Translations under genes and position numbers: made by a program
Origin: Octopus sinensis
Taxonomy: Eukaryota
DNA: 64,000 nt
Direction of reading: 5' to 3'
Assembly: GCF_006345805.1 (NCBI RefSeq)
Contig: NC_043002.1
Location: 14,198,001 to 14,262,000, forward strand
Part shown: positions 52,606-64,000 of the stretch, piece by piece
Layout: each line of letters starts with the position of its first letter
Position numbering within the stretch: the stretch's first letter is position 1
Notes under the pieces: generated by a model
The model's database searches: none
Seen by the model: only the letters and a program-made list of their open reading frames with translations
Told to the model about the DNA's origin: nothing

Positions 52606-53279
52606 GTAAAGGACCTGGGCATCTTGGTGGATTCTTCATCTTCGCCTTCGGCCCAGTGCATTCATGCTGCCAACAAAGCACGTGGGGTTCTGTTTTTGAT
52701 TCGGCGGTCATTCGGAATGCTCACAGCAGCCATATTCCTACCGTTCTGTCACGCTGGTGAGACCCATATTGGAGTACGAGATTCAAACCTCTTCTCCTTA
52801 ACTCCTCGAAGACATACATCATCTCGAAAGAGTTCAGAAGCTGGCTACCCGCAGGGTTCTTGGTCTCAAGCATTTGTCTTATGAAGAAAGGTTGAAGACG
52901 CTCGACCTTTATTCTCTAGAAAAACGACGATGCCGTGGTGATCTCATTCTTGCTCACAACATCATAAGCGGAAAGTGTAACCTCTCGAAAGCGCTGTTCT
53001 TCACTCCTGCTCCAGAGCGTCGGCTGCAGGGTCAATCCGAAAAGCTCTATCTGCGACGATTTCATCTCAATCGAAGGAGAGGGGGCTTTCTCCGTCCGGG
53101 TTGCGGATCCGTGGAATAAGCTGCCGGACGAGATAGTGAAGATGCATACGACCGCTCGGTTCAGAGCCTCTCGACCAGAAATGGCCTGAACTCTTTTCAT
53201 GATCACCACCCTGTACATAACTCCATGTCCCCCAACATGGCCTTGCTTTTTGATTTTTGAGCCAAAGAAATTAACTTAA

Positions 53280-53283
<4 letters not shown>
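52606..53283 (+). mobile_element. 5'-truncated CR1-clade LINE
   Basis: VKDLGILVD, KARGVLFLIRRSF, SYEERLKTLDLYSLEKRRCRGDLI, WNKLP; ends (TTAAC)n. Confidence 0.88.
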
Positions 53284-53360
<77 letters not shown>

Positions 53361-53559
53361 TATATACAAATATATATATGGATGAATGTATGCGTACGCA
53401 CCTGGGTGTGCGAGCGCACAGGTGTACGTATGAACAGACGCGCTTACGCATATACTATGAACTTTTTACCCCCTTACCTAAATTAGCGGTCATTCGAATA
53501 GCGCTTTTGTCTAAGTAGCGTCAATAACACAGTAATTTCCCTTTGTATAACGGTCATTC

Positions 53560-53746
53560 TTATAGCGTTTTTCCGACGGCCGGATAACTAAAGAGATTGT
53601 GTTGTGGATTTCCACCTTGGCATCCGAAACTCAGAATTTTCTCTTGGTTACCGAATAATTGTCACATATTACATTTACAGATAAATTCCCCTATTTATAT
53701 AATATTGAGGTGTCTTTCTTTTGTTATCTTACCGTTTTTACCAATA
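53560..53746. mobile_element. Interspersed repeat fragment, possibly Penelope-like
   Basis: About 60 bp (CTATTTATATAATATTGAGG...TTTTACCAATA) match 596-659; both end at a microsatellite. Confidence 0.4.
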
Positions 53747-53754
53747 AACACACA

Positions 53755-53797
<43 letters not shown>

Positions 53798-53905
53798 TTG
53801 TATGCATATATATATTTATTTATATATATATACATATACATATATATATACATATATATATATATACATATATATATATATGTGTGTATATGCATATATA
53901 TATAT

Positions 53906-53970
<65 letters not shown>

Positions 53971-53971
53971 A

Positions 53972-54012
53972 TTTCAGTACCGGTTTCAGTCATTGAGACT
54001 TTTCAACTGTAA
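53972..54012 (-). ncRNA. Minimal type I hammerhead-like fold, U3-A8 variant
   Basis: Minus: TTACAG TTGAAAA GTC tcaat GAC t GAAAC CG GTA CTGAAA; palindromic ACCGGT, GUA site, stem I 5/6 paired. Confidence 0.5.
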
Positions 54013-54139
54013 GCATGGAAAACAATTAAATTTAGGAAAAATTAAAAATGTTTTAAAAAGTGCCTTGAAAGTGACCTGTTGTGGATGGTAGTAGTTCTTG
54101 AATTCTTGAAACATCTTTTTTGATTGTTTTGTTTATAAA

Positions 54140-54347
54140 ATTTGTGTAGGTGCTATTTTAAACTACATCGCTTGACAACCTATTCTGGTGTATTTACGTC
54201 CCTGTTTCTTAGCTGTTCGGTAAAAAAAGCAATAGACTAAGTACTAGGATTACAAAGAATATGTCCAGGGGGTTGATTCGTTCGACTAAAGGCGGTGCTC
54301 CAGCATGGCCGCAGTCGAATAACTGAAACAAGTAAAAGAATAAAAGT
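54140..54347 (+). mobile_element. SINE family B 3' half
   Basis: CGCTTGACAAC...GGCGGTGCTCCAGCATGGCCGCAGTC tail. Confidence 0.85.
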
Positions 54348-54504
54348 ATATATGTATACATTTGTATAAAGTAATATATGCAATGAATTTATAAATGTAA
54401 CAGATGACTAGTTTCTCCATTCTGTACAAACTTAGAAAGCTGCAGCATGCGTGCTGGTTAATTTCATATATTCCACTACTGAACTAATACAGAGTGCCGT
54501 TAAT

Positions 54505-54555
<51 letters not shown>

Positions 54556-55385
54556 AAGAGTGATTGGTATATTGTACTTTTGCCAATATGTAAAATGTGG
54601 GATGGGAAAATTTTTATCGCACCTCTACTTTATGTTATAAAACTGGGAATAATAAAATCTAACATTACCTCGGCAGGGTTTGCGCCTAGAAGATAAAATG
54701 TCTTTAGAATTAACGCAGTGCATTTAACCTGATTCTATATCTAATCCAAGGGGTCTCAAGAACATCATGCATATTTAACGTTTGTTAATAAATGATATTC
54801 GAGTGCCTGCACTTTATTGTATAAAGCTCGGAGGGTCGAAAATTAAAGTTTATTCCAGTAGGATCTTCACTGAGAAGGTAAACTCTTTAGAATGCCAAAC
54901 CCCGAAGAAGAACCGCAGCGAACTGTGTCTGACACTTAACAGATTCTGTTAATCAACGACACTTGTAAATGAATTTAATTATGAAGTAGAAGCGATAGCA
55001 GCATGATAATATCATGATTTGGGTCGCTAAAGTCAAATTGTCATGTAATGTCTCAAACGTGTTATACATTATAATTGATTCATATTGATTTCTGTTGCTT
55101 CACGCAATGACTTAAATAGAAAACCAGATGCAAACTGTCATAAATACAACAGAGATTCCATTGTCAAAACAAAGTAAACTATATCACATGCAAACTAATG
55201 TTTAGAAATACACAAGATCATTATGTAGGTGTTATTCGCTTTGTCAAAACGGACAAAGCAAAATGGCAGCCATAGAATACAATGAGCTATGTCCTCGGGT
55301 TGTCGAGAAGATAGAGGCCTGTAACATAATCTACAACTGTGATAATCTAAACACAGGTCTGTGAAAACTTTAGGCATCACATACA

Positions 55386-55419
<34 letters not shown>

Positions 55420-55435
55420 CATACATAAGTATGTT

Positions 55436-55477
<42 letters not shown>

Positions 55478-55497
55478 GAAACTGACTTATTGGAAGT

Positions 55498-55539
55498 CTA
55501 CCTGAAGATTGTCGATCAAGACAAGAACAATTGTAGTGG
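55498..55539 (+). ncRNA. Degenerate minimal hammerhead (one A missing from GAAA)
   Basis: CTAC CTGAAGA TTGTC gatcaa GACAA GAAC AATT GTA GTGG; 5-bp stem II, palindromic ACAATTGT. Confidence 0.45.
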
Positions 55540-55714
55540 CGGTTTTTTTTGACTATTTATTAAAATTTTATGTATTGATTAAGTGTTTCCTTGTTTGTTT
55601 TGCAAAATAGTGGTTTTGTCTCTAATAATATTTATAATATTTTACTATAAAATTGGATTTAATCCTAAATCTGATTTTTTCCCTGTAAATTTGGATTTAT
55701 TCCCTAATATTTAT

Positions 55715-55813
<99 letters not shown>

Positions 55814-55960
55814 CACATATATATATATATATTATTCAAAACAGTTTGATTCTTATTAAATTCTAATTCAAGTTATGAATCCGACTCAAACTATTTTGAA
55901 TAATATATATAATTCCCAATAAATGTGTGGAGTGCCCTTTCTTTCGTTTGTCCACTCGCT

Positions 55961-55998
<38 letters not shown>

Positions 55999-56118
55999 TA
56001 ATAAAAATAAAATTTTTGAAAAACATTTACCAATGGCCAGCATATTATTAAAAAAATATGTTAAAATCTACTTTCGGCATACTGGGCATTAGGATTATTT
56101 TCTTTTGCCCTTGTTTAT

Positions 56119-56711
56119 AACTTGCTCGCAGCTATGGTCACCCACCAGTGTAAAATTAACAGCGGAACTCGAAGCAATCCAGAGAAGATTCACAAAGAAG
56201 ATCGTCTCTTTGGAACAGCTCAGGTACTGGGAAAGGTTGAAACAGCTAAGACTCTACTCTCTGGGGAGAAGACGGGAGAGGTATGCAGTAATATAGGTCT
56301 GGAAGATCCTGGAAGGAATTGTGCCAAATTTTGGCATTGTAAGCTACACCAATGCTAGAACGGGACGACACTGCATAGTGCCAAAGAAGCAGCAATGCCA
56401 TCACGCTTCAGGACCAGCTTCTGCTACACCCTGGGTTTCAAGGGCCCACAGTTTTTTAATATTCCCCCAAAGAGTCTGTGGAACTTACACAAAGTAGATA
56501 TAGAGGTTTTTAAATCAAAGCTGAACATCTTCCTGTCGACAGTCCCAGATGAATCTACCTCACGGCAAGAGGTGCAAATGAGAGTAGCTATGTCAAACTC
56601 CATTCTTCACCAAGTGCCACATATTAGAGGAGGTTCTTCGTAATAACAGTGTAGCACAAAACGGCGGTGCATTAGCATGGCCGCAGCTCTGAGCTGAAAC
56701 AAGCGAAAAAA
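56119..56711 (+). mobile_element. 5'-truncated LINE 3' end, same group as 13184-17111
   Basis: CSQLWSP, YSLGRRRERYAVI, LGFKGPQFFNIP, VPDES; tail GGCGGTGCATTAGCATGGCCGCAGCTCTGAGCTGAAAC. Confidence 0.9.
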
Positions 56712-56770
56712 ATATATATACACACACACATACGTACACACACACACACACACACACACATACATATATA

Positions 56771-56819
<49 letters not shown>

Positions 56820-59800
56820 CATACACACACACACACATATATATATATATATGTGTATGTATGTATGTGTGTATGTATGTATATGAATTTGCACAAACCC
56901 TTCAATAGTTAGGATGAAATATATTTTCTTCCTGCTAAGTAAGCTGCTTGTGGTATGGAATAAAAAAACAATGCCGTTTTTGTTTAATTGAATTGAATTG
57001 AATTGAAAAAAGTTAATGATATTACTCTGTTTACTTGTTGATTTTCCTCTCATTTGAACGTTTGGTATTAGTATCGTTATCTCCATTTAGTAAGAAAACA
57101 AGTATTAAAATCCGTCGCATACTATATTTATTGTATAACGTCGATGCTATATCGGTGTGTACATTGTTTTTAAACAAGACATTGTAAACCCCATCTTCAC
57201 AATCTCTCCTGCTGCCAGCTCTCTTTTCCTTCGTTCGTAAATTTCCATCTAATTATTCTACGCATATTCTTCTGTTGCTTTTTTGTTTTTGATATTTTTT
57301 TGCCCCATTCTGTATTTCTTTATTCTCTTCATTTGCATCCGTTGTACAGCTTTATCTTTTACCTTTTGCTTTCGCATTCCTTGCCAATACCATTTGATTT
57401 ATATTGCTGTTTGTGTATGTTACGCCCTTTCTATGGATGTCTCGTTAGAAGTGTTTAATATTTATTACAACTAGGGATGCCTATGGAACAAACAAACGAT
57501 TCGCATTTTCCAAAGTATTCTATTTAACATCTCTGCCGCGATCATATTATAATTTCTGTTCTCTTTCCGAAGATACTTTCTTTTCCTTCTATTCAATTTT
57601 CTTAATGCATCATACAAATTTTTTTCTCAGCTCCATTAGAAGTTTCCCTTTCAGTTTGGCATAACCAAGTTATCTATATTCTTTTTTTCTTTCGCAATTT
57701 CCATTGGATATTTCTTTTTCTTTCCACAGATATTTTTTTCAGGGTGTGAATGAAGGCTGACTTATTCTATTAGGGTTCAATATACTTTCCCAACATACTG
57801 TCATTGATACTTTGTAAATTATATTATTTACCGTGAATTGATGTTATGGTTTGCTTCAAGAGTAATAATTCTTTTGAATGCCTGCTTGTATCTACGAATT
57901 ACATTTGGGAAAATGTTTATCCGGTGCCGTTAATGTGCGGTTGGAAATATCCTTTCGCAATCAGTTACATTTCCCTTCAACTACATGCTACATCAGGAAA
58001 ATCCTTGAAAGTGCACCATCAGATCGGCCCAAACCTTAAGTGATATTGCACAAGAAGAAACTGTACGGGTTCACAATAAATTTCCTACTATTGTAAACTT
58101 AGATCATAACAGGTTTTGTTAACATTACTCCGTTGGCTTTCCAAATATACGGACAAGGTTTCAAAATCAGTATTTTAAACATTATCGTAATGTGTAGATC
58201 CGAAACATTATCACGGAGTTATTTTGTACTATCGATACGTAGCATGCAAATGAAATAAAAATATAATTTTAAGACATACAAAATCGAGTAAATGTATAAT
58301 AAATTGTTTTCTCGACTTAGTTTATTCCTTATCAAACGGTATAATTATTAATAGCATTCCATTCCTCATCGTCAAGTTTTTTGTTTACTCTCAAGCATAT
58401 GCAGAGTTTGAAAATAGAAATCTTCGAAGCCCCATAACTAATTTGAAAGAAAAAGCATTAGGTTCTCCTTAAAAATGATTGCACTCAAATTTGATATGTA
58501 GGCACCGATGGTATCAGGGTGTGTATAAGTCTTGAATAAATTGCAAAAATCGATCTCAGGTGAGAATGCGATCGATAAAGCCGTTGAACGTGCATTTGTA
58601 CGCACAAGTATATCAGCTGTTGCCACTAGCTTTTCCATGCCCTTGAACATCCCGTAAAGTAGGTTAGCTTAAAATTAGTCACTTAGTTCCCTAGGTTGTT
58701 GCTTTTCATAAAAATCGCCCCAAGTCGATTTCCTACATGCTTTATCAGATAAACTTATTACTGTCCCAGGTACGTTCACACAAATTTATCATGCTTTTCC
58801 ATCTAGATTTATCCCCAGCTAACCCATTTGTAGGCATCGTTTCCGTCCTGCTTTTCTTCACTCTATTTGTGCATAACTGCACCTTCTATTTTTTGTTGTT
58901 TTTGTACTGCTTAAAGGCACGTTTCTTTCCTGCCAAGCTTAAAGTTTAAACCATGTTTGTGTTCTCCCATCCAACAGCCTTATCAATAGTGGTACTTTAA
59001 ACTCTTCTGTTGCATATTTGTGTGAATAAAATAGTTTTTCTTTGGAAAAGAAAAAAGTCTACCTTTATTTTTTCTGTTGCTGGTGTCTCAAATTTAGGTT
59101 AAATCAGTGTTTCTCAAAGGGGAAGCTTATGGGACGGTCGGACAAGTTATTTTGAGAAAATTTGATGTAAATGTTTGGTAACTCAGCACCGTCCATTGGA
59201 CGGGGGCGTTTTGCTCGTACATATATGTATATATATATGTGTGCATGTACACATATATATATATATATAGAGGAACAATCTTACTTAGAAATGAATGCGT
59301 GCGTTCTGTCATATAATAACTTAATAAATAAATAAAACAGATGCATATATACATACATATATGTACGTACCTACCTCTACATGTATATATACATGCATAT
59401 ATGGAGACAGGATACCAAAAAAACGTCGAACACAATGAGAAACGAAAACATAAACACAAAACCAAGGAAATGGACATTTTTCTTAAACAACGAAAAAATA
59501 AAGTACAGGACATACAAAACAAGGAAAATACCCCTTCTTCAGTCGCCTTTGTTTCATCTACTCCCCGTTTCGAAGGTCAAGGCGATACATGACTTTAATG
59601 AAATAATCCTTCCCGCGAAAATCAAATTTGATAAAATTTGAGTTTTTTTGCGGAGTGGTAAAAATGGTAACAAAAACAAGACAGTAACGACAGTACAAAA
59701 TATAAACAGTAAAAGACAGGACAAGGAGAATAACAGTAACACAAACAAGAAGGGCTGATAAGCCGAACGAGATAAATGTTTTTACGAACGCTAGTTTTTG

Positions 59801-60033
59801 AGAACGGTGAGGGAACAACAGATGTGCCGTCTCTACTTGAAGGTAGCCAGGAGAAGAAAGACAGTAGTAGCATTCGCATCACGTGTCCGCGACGGGAAGG
59901 ATGAGGAGGAGTAAGAGAAAGGGAGAGAAAAAAGGGATTACCGTTGGCTTTCAAATAGCTGATGGGGTTAGTCATCTTTCCTCCTCGCAGTGCTAAATGT
60001 TGTCCCTCAGTATTGTTTAATTTGTTACTGTAA

Positions 60034-60335
<302 letters not shown>

Positions 60336-60541
60336 CGAATATAAACAAGAAGGGTAGTAATATTATTTACTACCAGGTGCCCAGCACAAAAGACGAATTA
60401 GTCATAAGACAAAAATATTATTCATATAGAAAAATATTATTCACGTAGTTATACAATTAAGGGCTCCTAAATTAAGATGCCGAGTGCTGGGAACACAAAA
60501 AGGGGATGAATTTATTGAGAGTGAAAATCAAAAACGTTTAC

Positions 60542-60645
60542 CGATAACTTTAACAACTCGTACCGCGGTTTCTGCTTCTTTCTAGCAAAACACAGAATAT
60601 GTTTGCTAAGGCTAGCTTCATCAGCGAGTCGCCTAAATTTAATCG
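60542..60645 (-). ncRNA. Type I hammerhead ribozyme, array copy 1
   Basis: Minus: GGCGACTCG CTGATGA A GCT [internal loop plus long hairpin] AGC A GAAAC CGCG GTA CGAGTTGTT; predicted cut between 60561 and 60560. Confidence 0.85.
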
Positions 60646-60995
60646 AGGTCTGCAGCGATGTGGGACCATGTGTTGAACCCGACTACTAGCAGATCTTAAC
60701 TTTTCAAATCTCTGCGCAGACGCAAAACTTACACGGCAGTATAGGGCATGCCGGGAAGAATTTTACGAATAAATCCATCATGTAATATGCGAATATAAAC
60801 AAGAAGGGTAGTAATATTATTTACTACCAGGTGCCCAGCACAAAAGACGAATTAGTCATAAGACAAAAATATTATTCATATAGAAAAATATTATTCATGT
60901 AGTTATACAATTAAGGGCTCCTAAATTAAGATGCCGAGTGCTGGGAACACAAAAAGGGGATGAATTTATCGAGAGTGGAAATCAAAAGCGTTTAC

Positions 60996-61099
60996 CGATA
61001 ACTTTAACAACTCGTACCGCGGTTTCTGCTTCTTTCTAGCAAAACACAGAATATGTTTGCTAAGGCTAGCTTCATCAGCGAGTCGCCTAAATTTAATCG
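60996..61099 (-). ncRNA. Type I hammerhead ribozyme, array copy 2
   Basis: Identical core; predicted cut between 61015 and 61014. Confidence 0.85.
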
Positions 61100-61448
61100 A
61101 GGTCTGCAATGATGTGGGACCATGTGTTGAACCCGACTACTAGCAGATCTTAACTTTTCAAATCTCTGCGCAGACGCAAAACTTACACGGCAGTATAGGG
61201 CATGCCGGGAAGAATTTTACGAATAAATCCATCATGTAATATGCGAATATAAACAAGAAGGGTAGTAATATTATTTACTACCAGGTGCCCAGCACAAAAG
61301 ACGAATTAGTCATAAGACAAAAATATTATTCATATAGAAAAAATTATTCATGTAGTTATACAATTAAGGGCTCCTAAATTAAGATGCCGTGTGCTAGGAA
61401 CACAAAAAGGGGATGAATTTATCGAGAGTGAAAATCAAAAACGTTTAC

Positions 61449-61552
61449 CGATAACTTTAACAACTCGTACCGCGGTTTCTGCTTTTTTCTAGCAAAACAC
61501 AGAATATGTTTGCTAAGGCTAGCTTCATCAGCGAGTCGCCTAAATTTAATCG
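61449..61552 (-). ncRNA. Type I hammerhead ribozyme, array copy 3
   Basis: Identical core; one substitution in the stem II internal loop; predicted cut between 61468 and 61467. Confidence 0.85.
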
Positions 61553-61902
61553 AGGTCTGCAGTGATGTGGGACCATGTGTTGAACCCGACTACTAGCAGA
61601 TCTTAACTTTTCAAATCTCTGCGCAGACGCAAAACTTACACGGCAGTATAGGGCATGCCGGGAAGAATTTTACGAATAAATCCATCATGTAATATGCGAA
61701 TATAAACAAGAAGGGTAGTAATATTATTTACTACCAGGTGCCCAGCACAAAGGAGGAATTAGTCATAAGACAAAAATATTAGTCATATAGAAAAATATTA
61801 TTCATGTAGTTATACAATTAAGGGCTCCTAAATTAAGATGCCGAGTGCTGGGAACACAAAAAGGGGATGAATTTATTGAGAGTGAAAATCAAAAACGTTT
61901 AC

Positions 61903-62006
61903 CGATAACTTTAACAACTCGTACCGCGGTTTCTGCTTCTTTCTAGCAAAACACAGAATATGTTTGCTAAGGCTAGCTTCATCAGCGAGTCGCCTAAATT
62001 TAATCG
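61903..62006 (-). ncRNA. Type I hammerhead ribozyme, array copy 4
   Basis: Identical core; predicted cut between 61922 and 61921. Confidence 0.85.
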
Positions 62007-63005
62007 AGGTCTGCAGCGATGTGGGACCATGTGTTGAACCCGACTACTAGCAGATCTTAACTTTTCAAATCTCTGCGCAGACGCAAAACTTACACGGCAG
62101 TATAGGGCATGCCGGGAAGAATTTTACGAATAAATCCATCATGTAATATGCGAATATAAACAAGAAGGGTAGTAATATTATTTACTACCAGGTGCCCAGC
62201 ACAAAAGACGAATTAGTCATAAGACAAAAATATTATTCATATAGAAAAATATTATTCATGTAGCTTTCTATATATCTATCTATTTGTTTGTGTGTATATG
62301 TGTATATGTATGTCTGTGTGCGTGCGCGCGTACTTCCGTGAGTGTATGCGTGTGTATGTGTGTCTATTTGTGTTTATGTGTATGTGTATGTGTATGTGTA
62401 TTTGGTGTGTGTGTGTGTGTGTGTTAGAGACACTGTATATAGACGTTACGATATACGTTTCGAAACAATTTCCATTGAAAAATACGTTATCCAATTTGAA
62501 GATATGCAATGAAATCCATGCAAAATAGCAGGCATTTGTAATTGTTCTCTAGACAACTGTTTATGTTACAATCAAACTTATTAGTAAATTGAAAATGACA
62601 TTTCGTTCCGTTCTTCTGTTATTTATCAACATTGCCTCGTAACCAATCATCTCTAAGTAATATTATTGTTTTGCGCCAGCTGTTGGACACTTTCCTGACA
62701 TTATGCTCCAGATTAGCTCGGCTGGATACTTGCGAACGACACATATTTATCTAAGCCATATATCTATACGTTCCTGTGTGTGGGATGTACGAATCTCTTG
62801 GTTTGCATTTGAGTGCATTTGAGCGTTTCAATTCGTGTGAATGCATATGATTTTGCGAGTGAGTCTTTGCATATGTAGTACCCCCATATATGCATTCATA
62901 CATACACGTATACGTACAAATATACATATATTATACATTACATATATATGTATATATATATATATATATACTCATATATGTTACGTTATATTATGCATAT
63001 ATATG

Positions 63006-63038
<33 letters not shown>

Positions 63039-63104
63039 GTATATATATACATACGTGTAGATTTATGTACCTATACATATGTATATATGCATATATATTA
63101 TATA

Positions 63105-63137
<33 letters not shown>

Positions 63138-63685
63138 CTCACATATATATTACATTATTTTATACAAACATATATTTATGTATATACATACACACATATA
63201 TATATCTATGTGTGTGTGTGTGTGCATACATATATTACATTATATCATACACGTAAATTTATATATATTTTTATATACATGCATTCATACATACGTATAC
63301 ATATATATGTATCCACGATCGCTCTCACACACACACACACTCACGCACACACACACACGGGCACGCATACAAGCACATATATACATATAGTAAATAGAAA
63401 GTAAGCTTATCACCATGGCGACGCATCACATCATTTACCATGTATAGCATGAAGTGTGACATATGGATGGTAAAATTTAATTCAGAAATGGCGTCAACGG
63501 TGAAAACAAGTGATTTCATAAATGCAAGTTATTAAATAATGTAATATGTCCCCTTTGAAATTACAAAACTGAATATTTTCACATGATCAATGACACAGCA
63601 TGGACATTAAAATTGCGGCTAACGTTATCTACGAAAACTCATTTACACTCTTGTGGTTTTACATTGTTAGGTATAATTACACAAT

Positions 63686-63858
63686 CGGACGGTATCCCAC
63701 AGAAGCTGCTCCGCCTCATACAAGGCTACTACCGATCGACTCGAGCACGCGTCAGGGTCTATGGTGAGCAGGCGTTCTCAACACCACGCTCCGGGACTAC
63801 CGGGGCGTAGAGGAGAGGAGTCGCGGTTACGGACCTGGTCTACGCGGACGACATCGTA
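63686..63858 (+). pseudogene. Internally deleted RTE-type RT fragment
   Basis: GIPQKLLRLIQGYYRSTRARVRVYGE followed closely by DLVYADDIV; the GVRQG motif is absent. Confidence 0.7.
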
Positions 63859-63907
63859 TATATATATATATATATATACGAGAAAGAAGCAACAAGAATG
63901 GATTAGT

Positions 63908-63998
63908 TTTTAGTACAATTGTTTCATACAAAGACAGGCTTTATTAAAAGTTGCAAATATTGCAGCAGATAAAGGTGTCCCGTACTCATCAGCTAAAA
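63908..63998 (-). ncRNA. Type I hammerhead ribozyme with long stem II
   Basis: Minus: TTTTAG CTGATGA GTAC [GGGACA/TGTCTT, CTTTAT/ATAAAG, TGCA/TGCA helices] GTAT GAAAC AATT GTA CTAAAA; predicted cut between 63914 and 63913. Confidence 0.8.
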
Positions 63999-64000
63999 CA

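Larger units (their letters stand above)
60336..62263 (-). mobile_element. Putative non-LTR retrozyme: 4.25 tandem copies of a 453-454 bp unit, each full unit with a type I hammerhead
   Basis: Unit starts (CGAATATAAAC) at 60336, 60790, 61244, 61697 and 62151; only a few substitutions between units; no long ORF. Confidence 0.8.

Noticed and set aside
58380-58660. Possible host exon (70-aa minus ORF, or short plus-strand frame)
   Set aside because: No recognisable domain and no convincing splice-site pair; would need RNA-seq or BLASTX.
59104-59220. CAGTGTTTCTCAAA hAT/Charlie-like terminus
   Set aside because: No matching opposite TIR or 8-bp TSD found.
59530-59575. Minus-strand GAAAC...CTGAAGA in type II order
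   Set aside because: The intervening sequence cannot form stem I and stem II pairing overlaps the core.

Overview
AT-rich, repeat-saturated animal DNA with no host protein-coding exon I can support. The SINE repertoire and dense (TA)n/(CA)n microsatellites suggest a coleoid cephalopod, probably octopus (from recall, not verified). The window holds three or more tRNA-derived SINE families (many with target-site duplications), a near full-length frameshifted APE-RT LINE (about 13.2-17.1 kb) plus truncated relatives, RTE, CR1, Tx1-like and Penelope-like remnants, Tc1/mariner, piggyBac, Merlin-like and Helitron-like non-autonomous elements, and several tandem arrays. The main signal is a set of type I hammerhead ribozyme (HHR) folds found by hand. 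A 4.25-copy array of 454-bp units (60336-62263) carries an intact HHR on the minus strand of each full unit, the layout of a non-LTR retrozyme that could yield a circular RNA. At least six more minimal HHR folds lie in Penelope-like fragments or foldbacks. Together they show four different 3-8 core pairings (C-G, U.G, U-A, G-C) and all have palindromic stem III. All folds are unsearched and untested.
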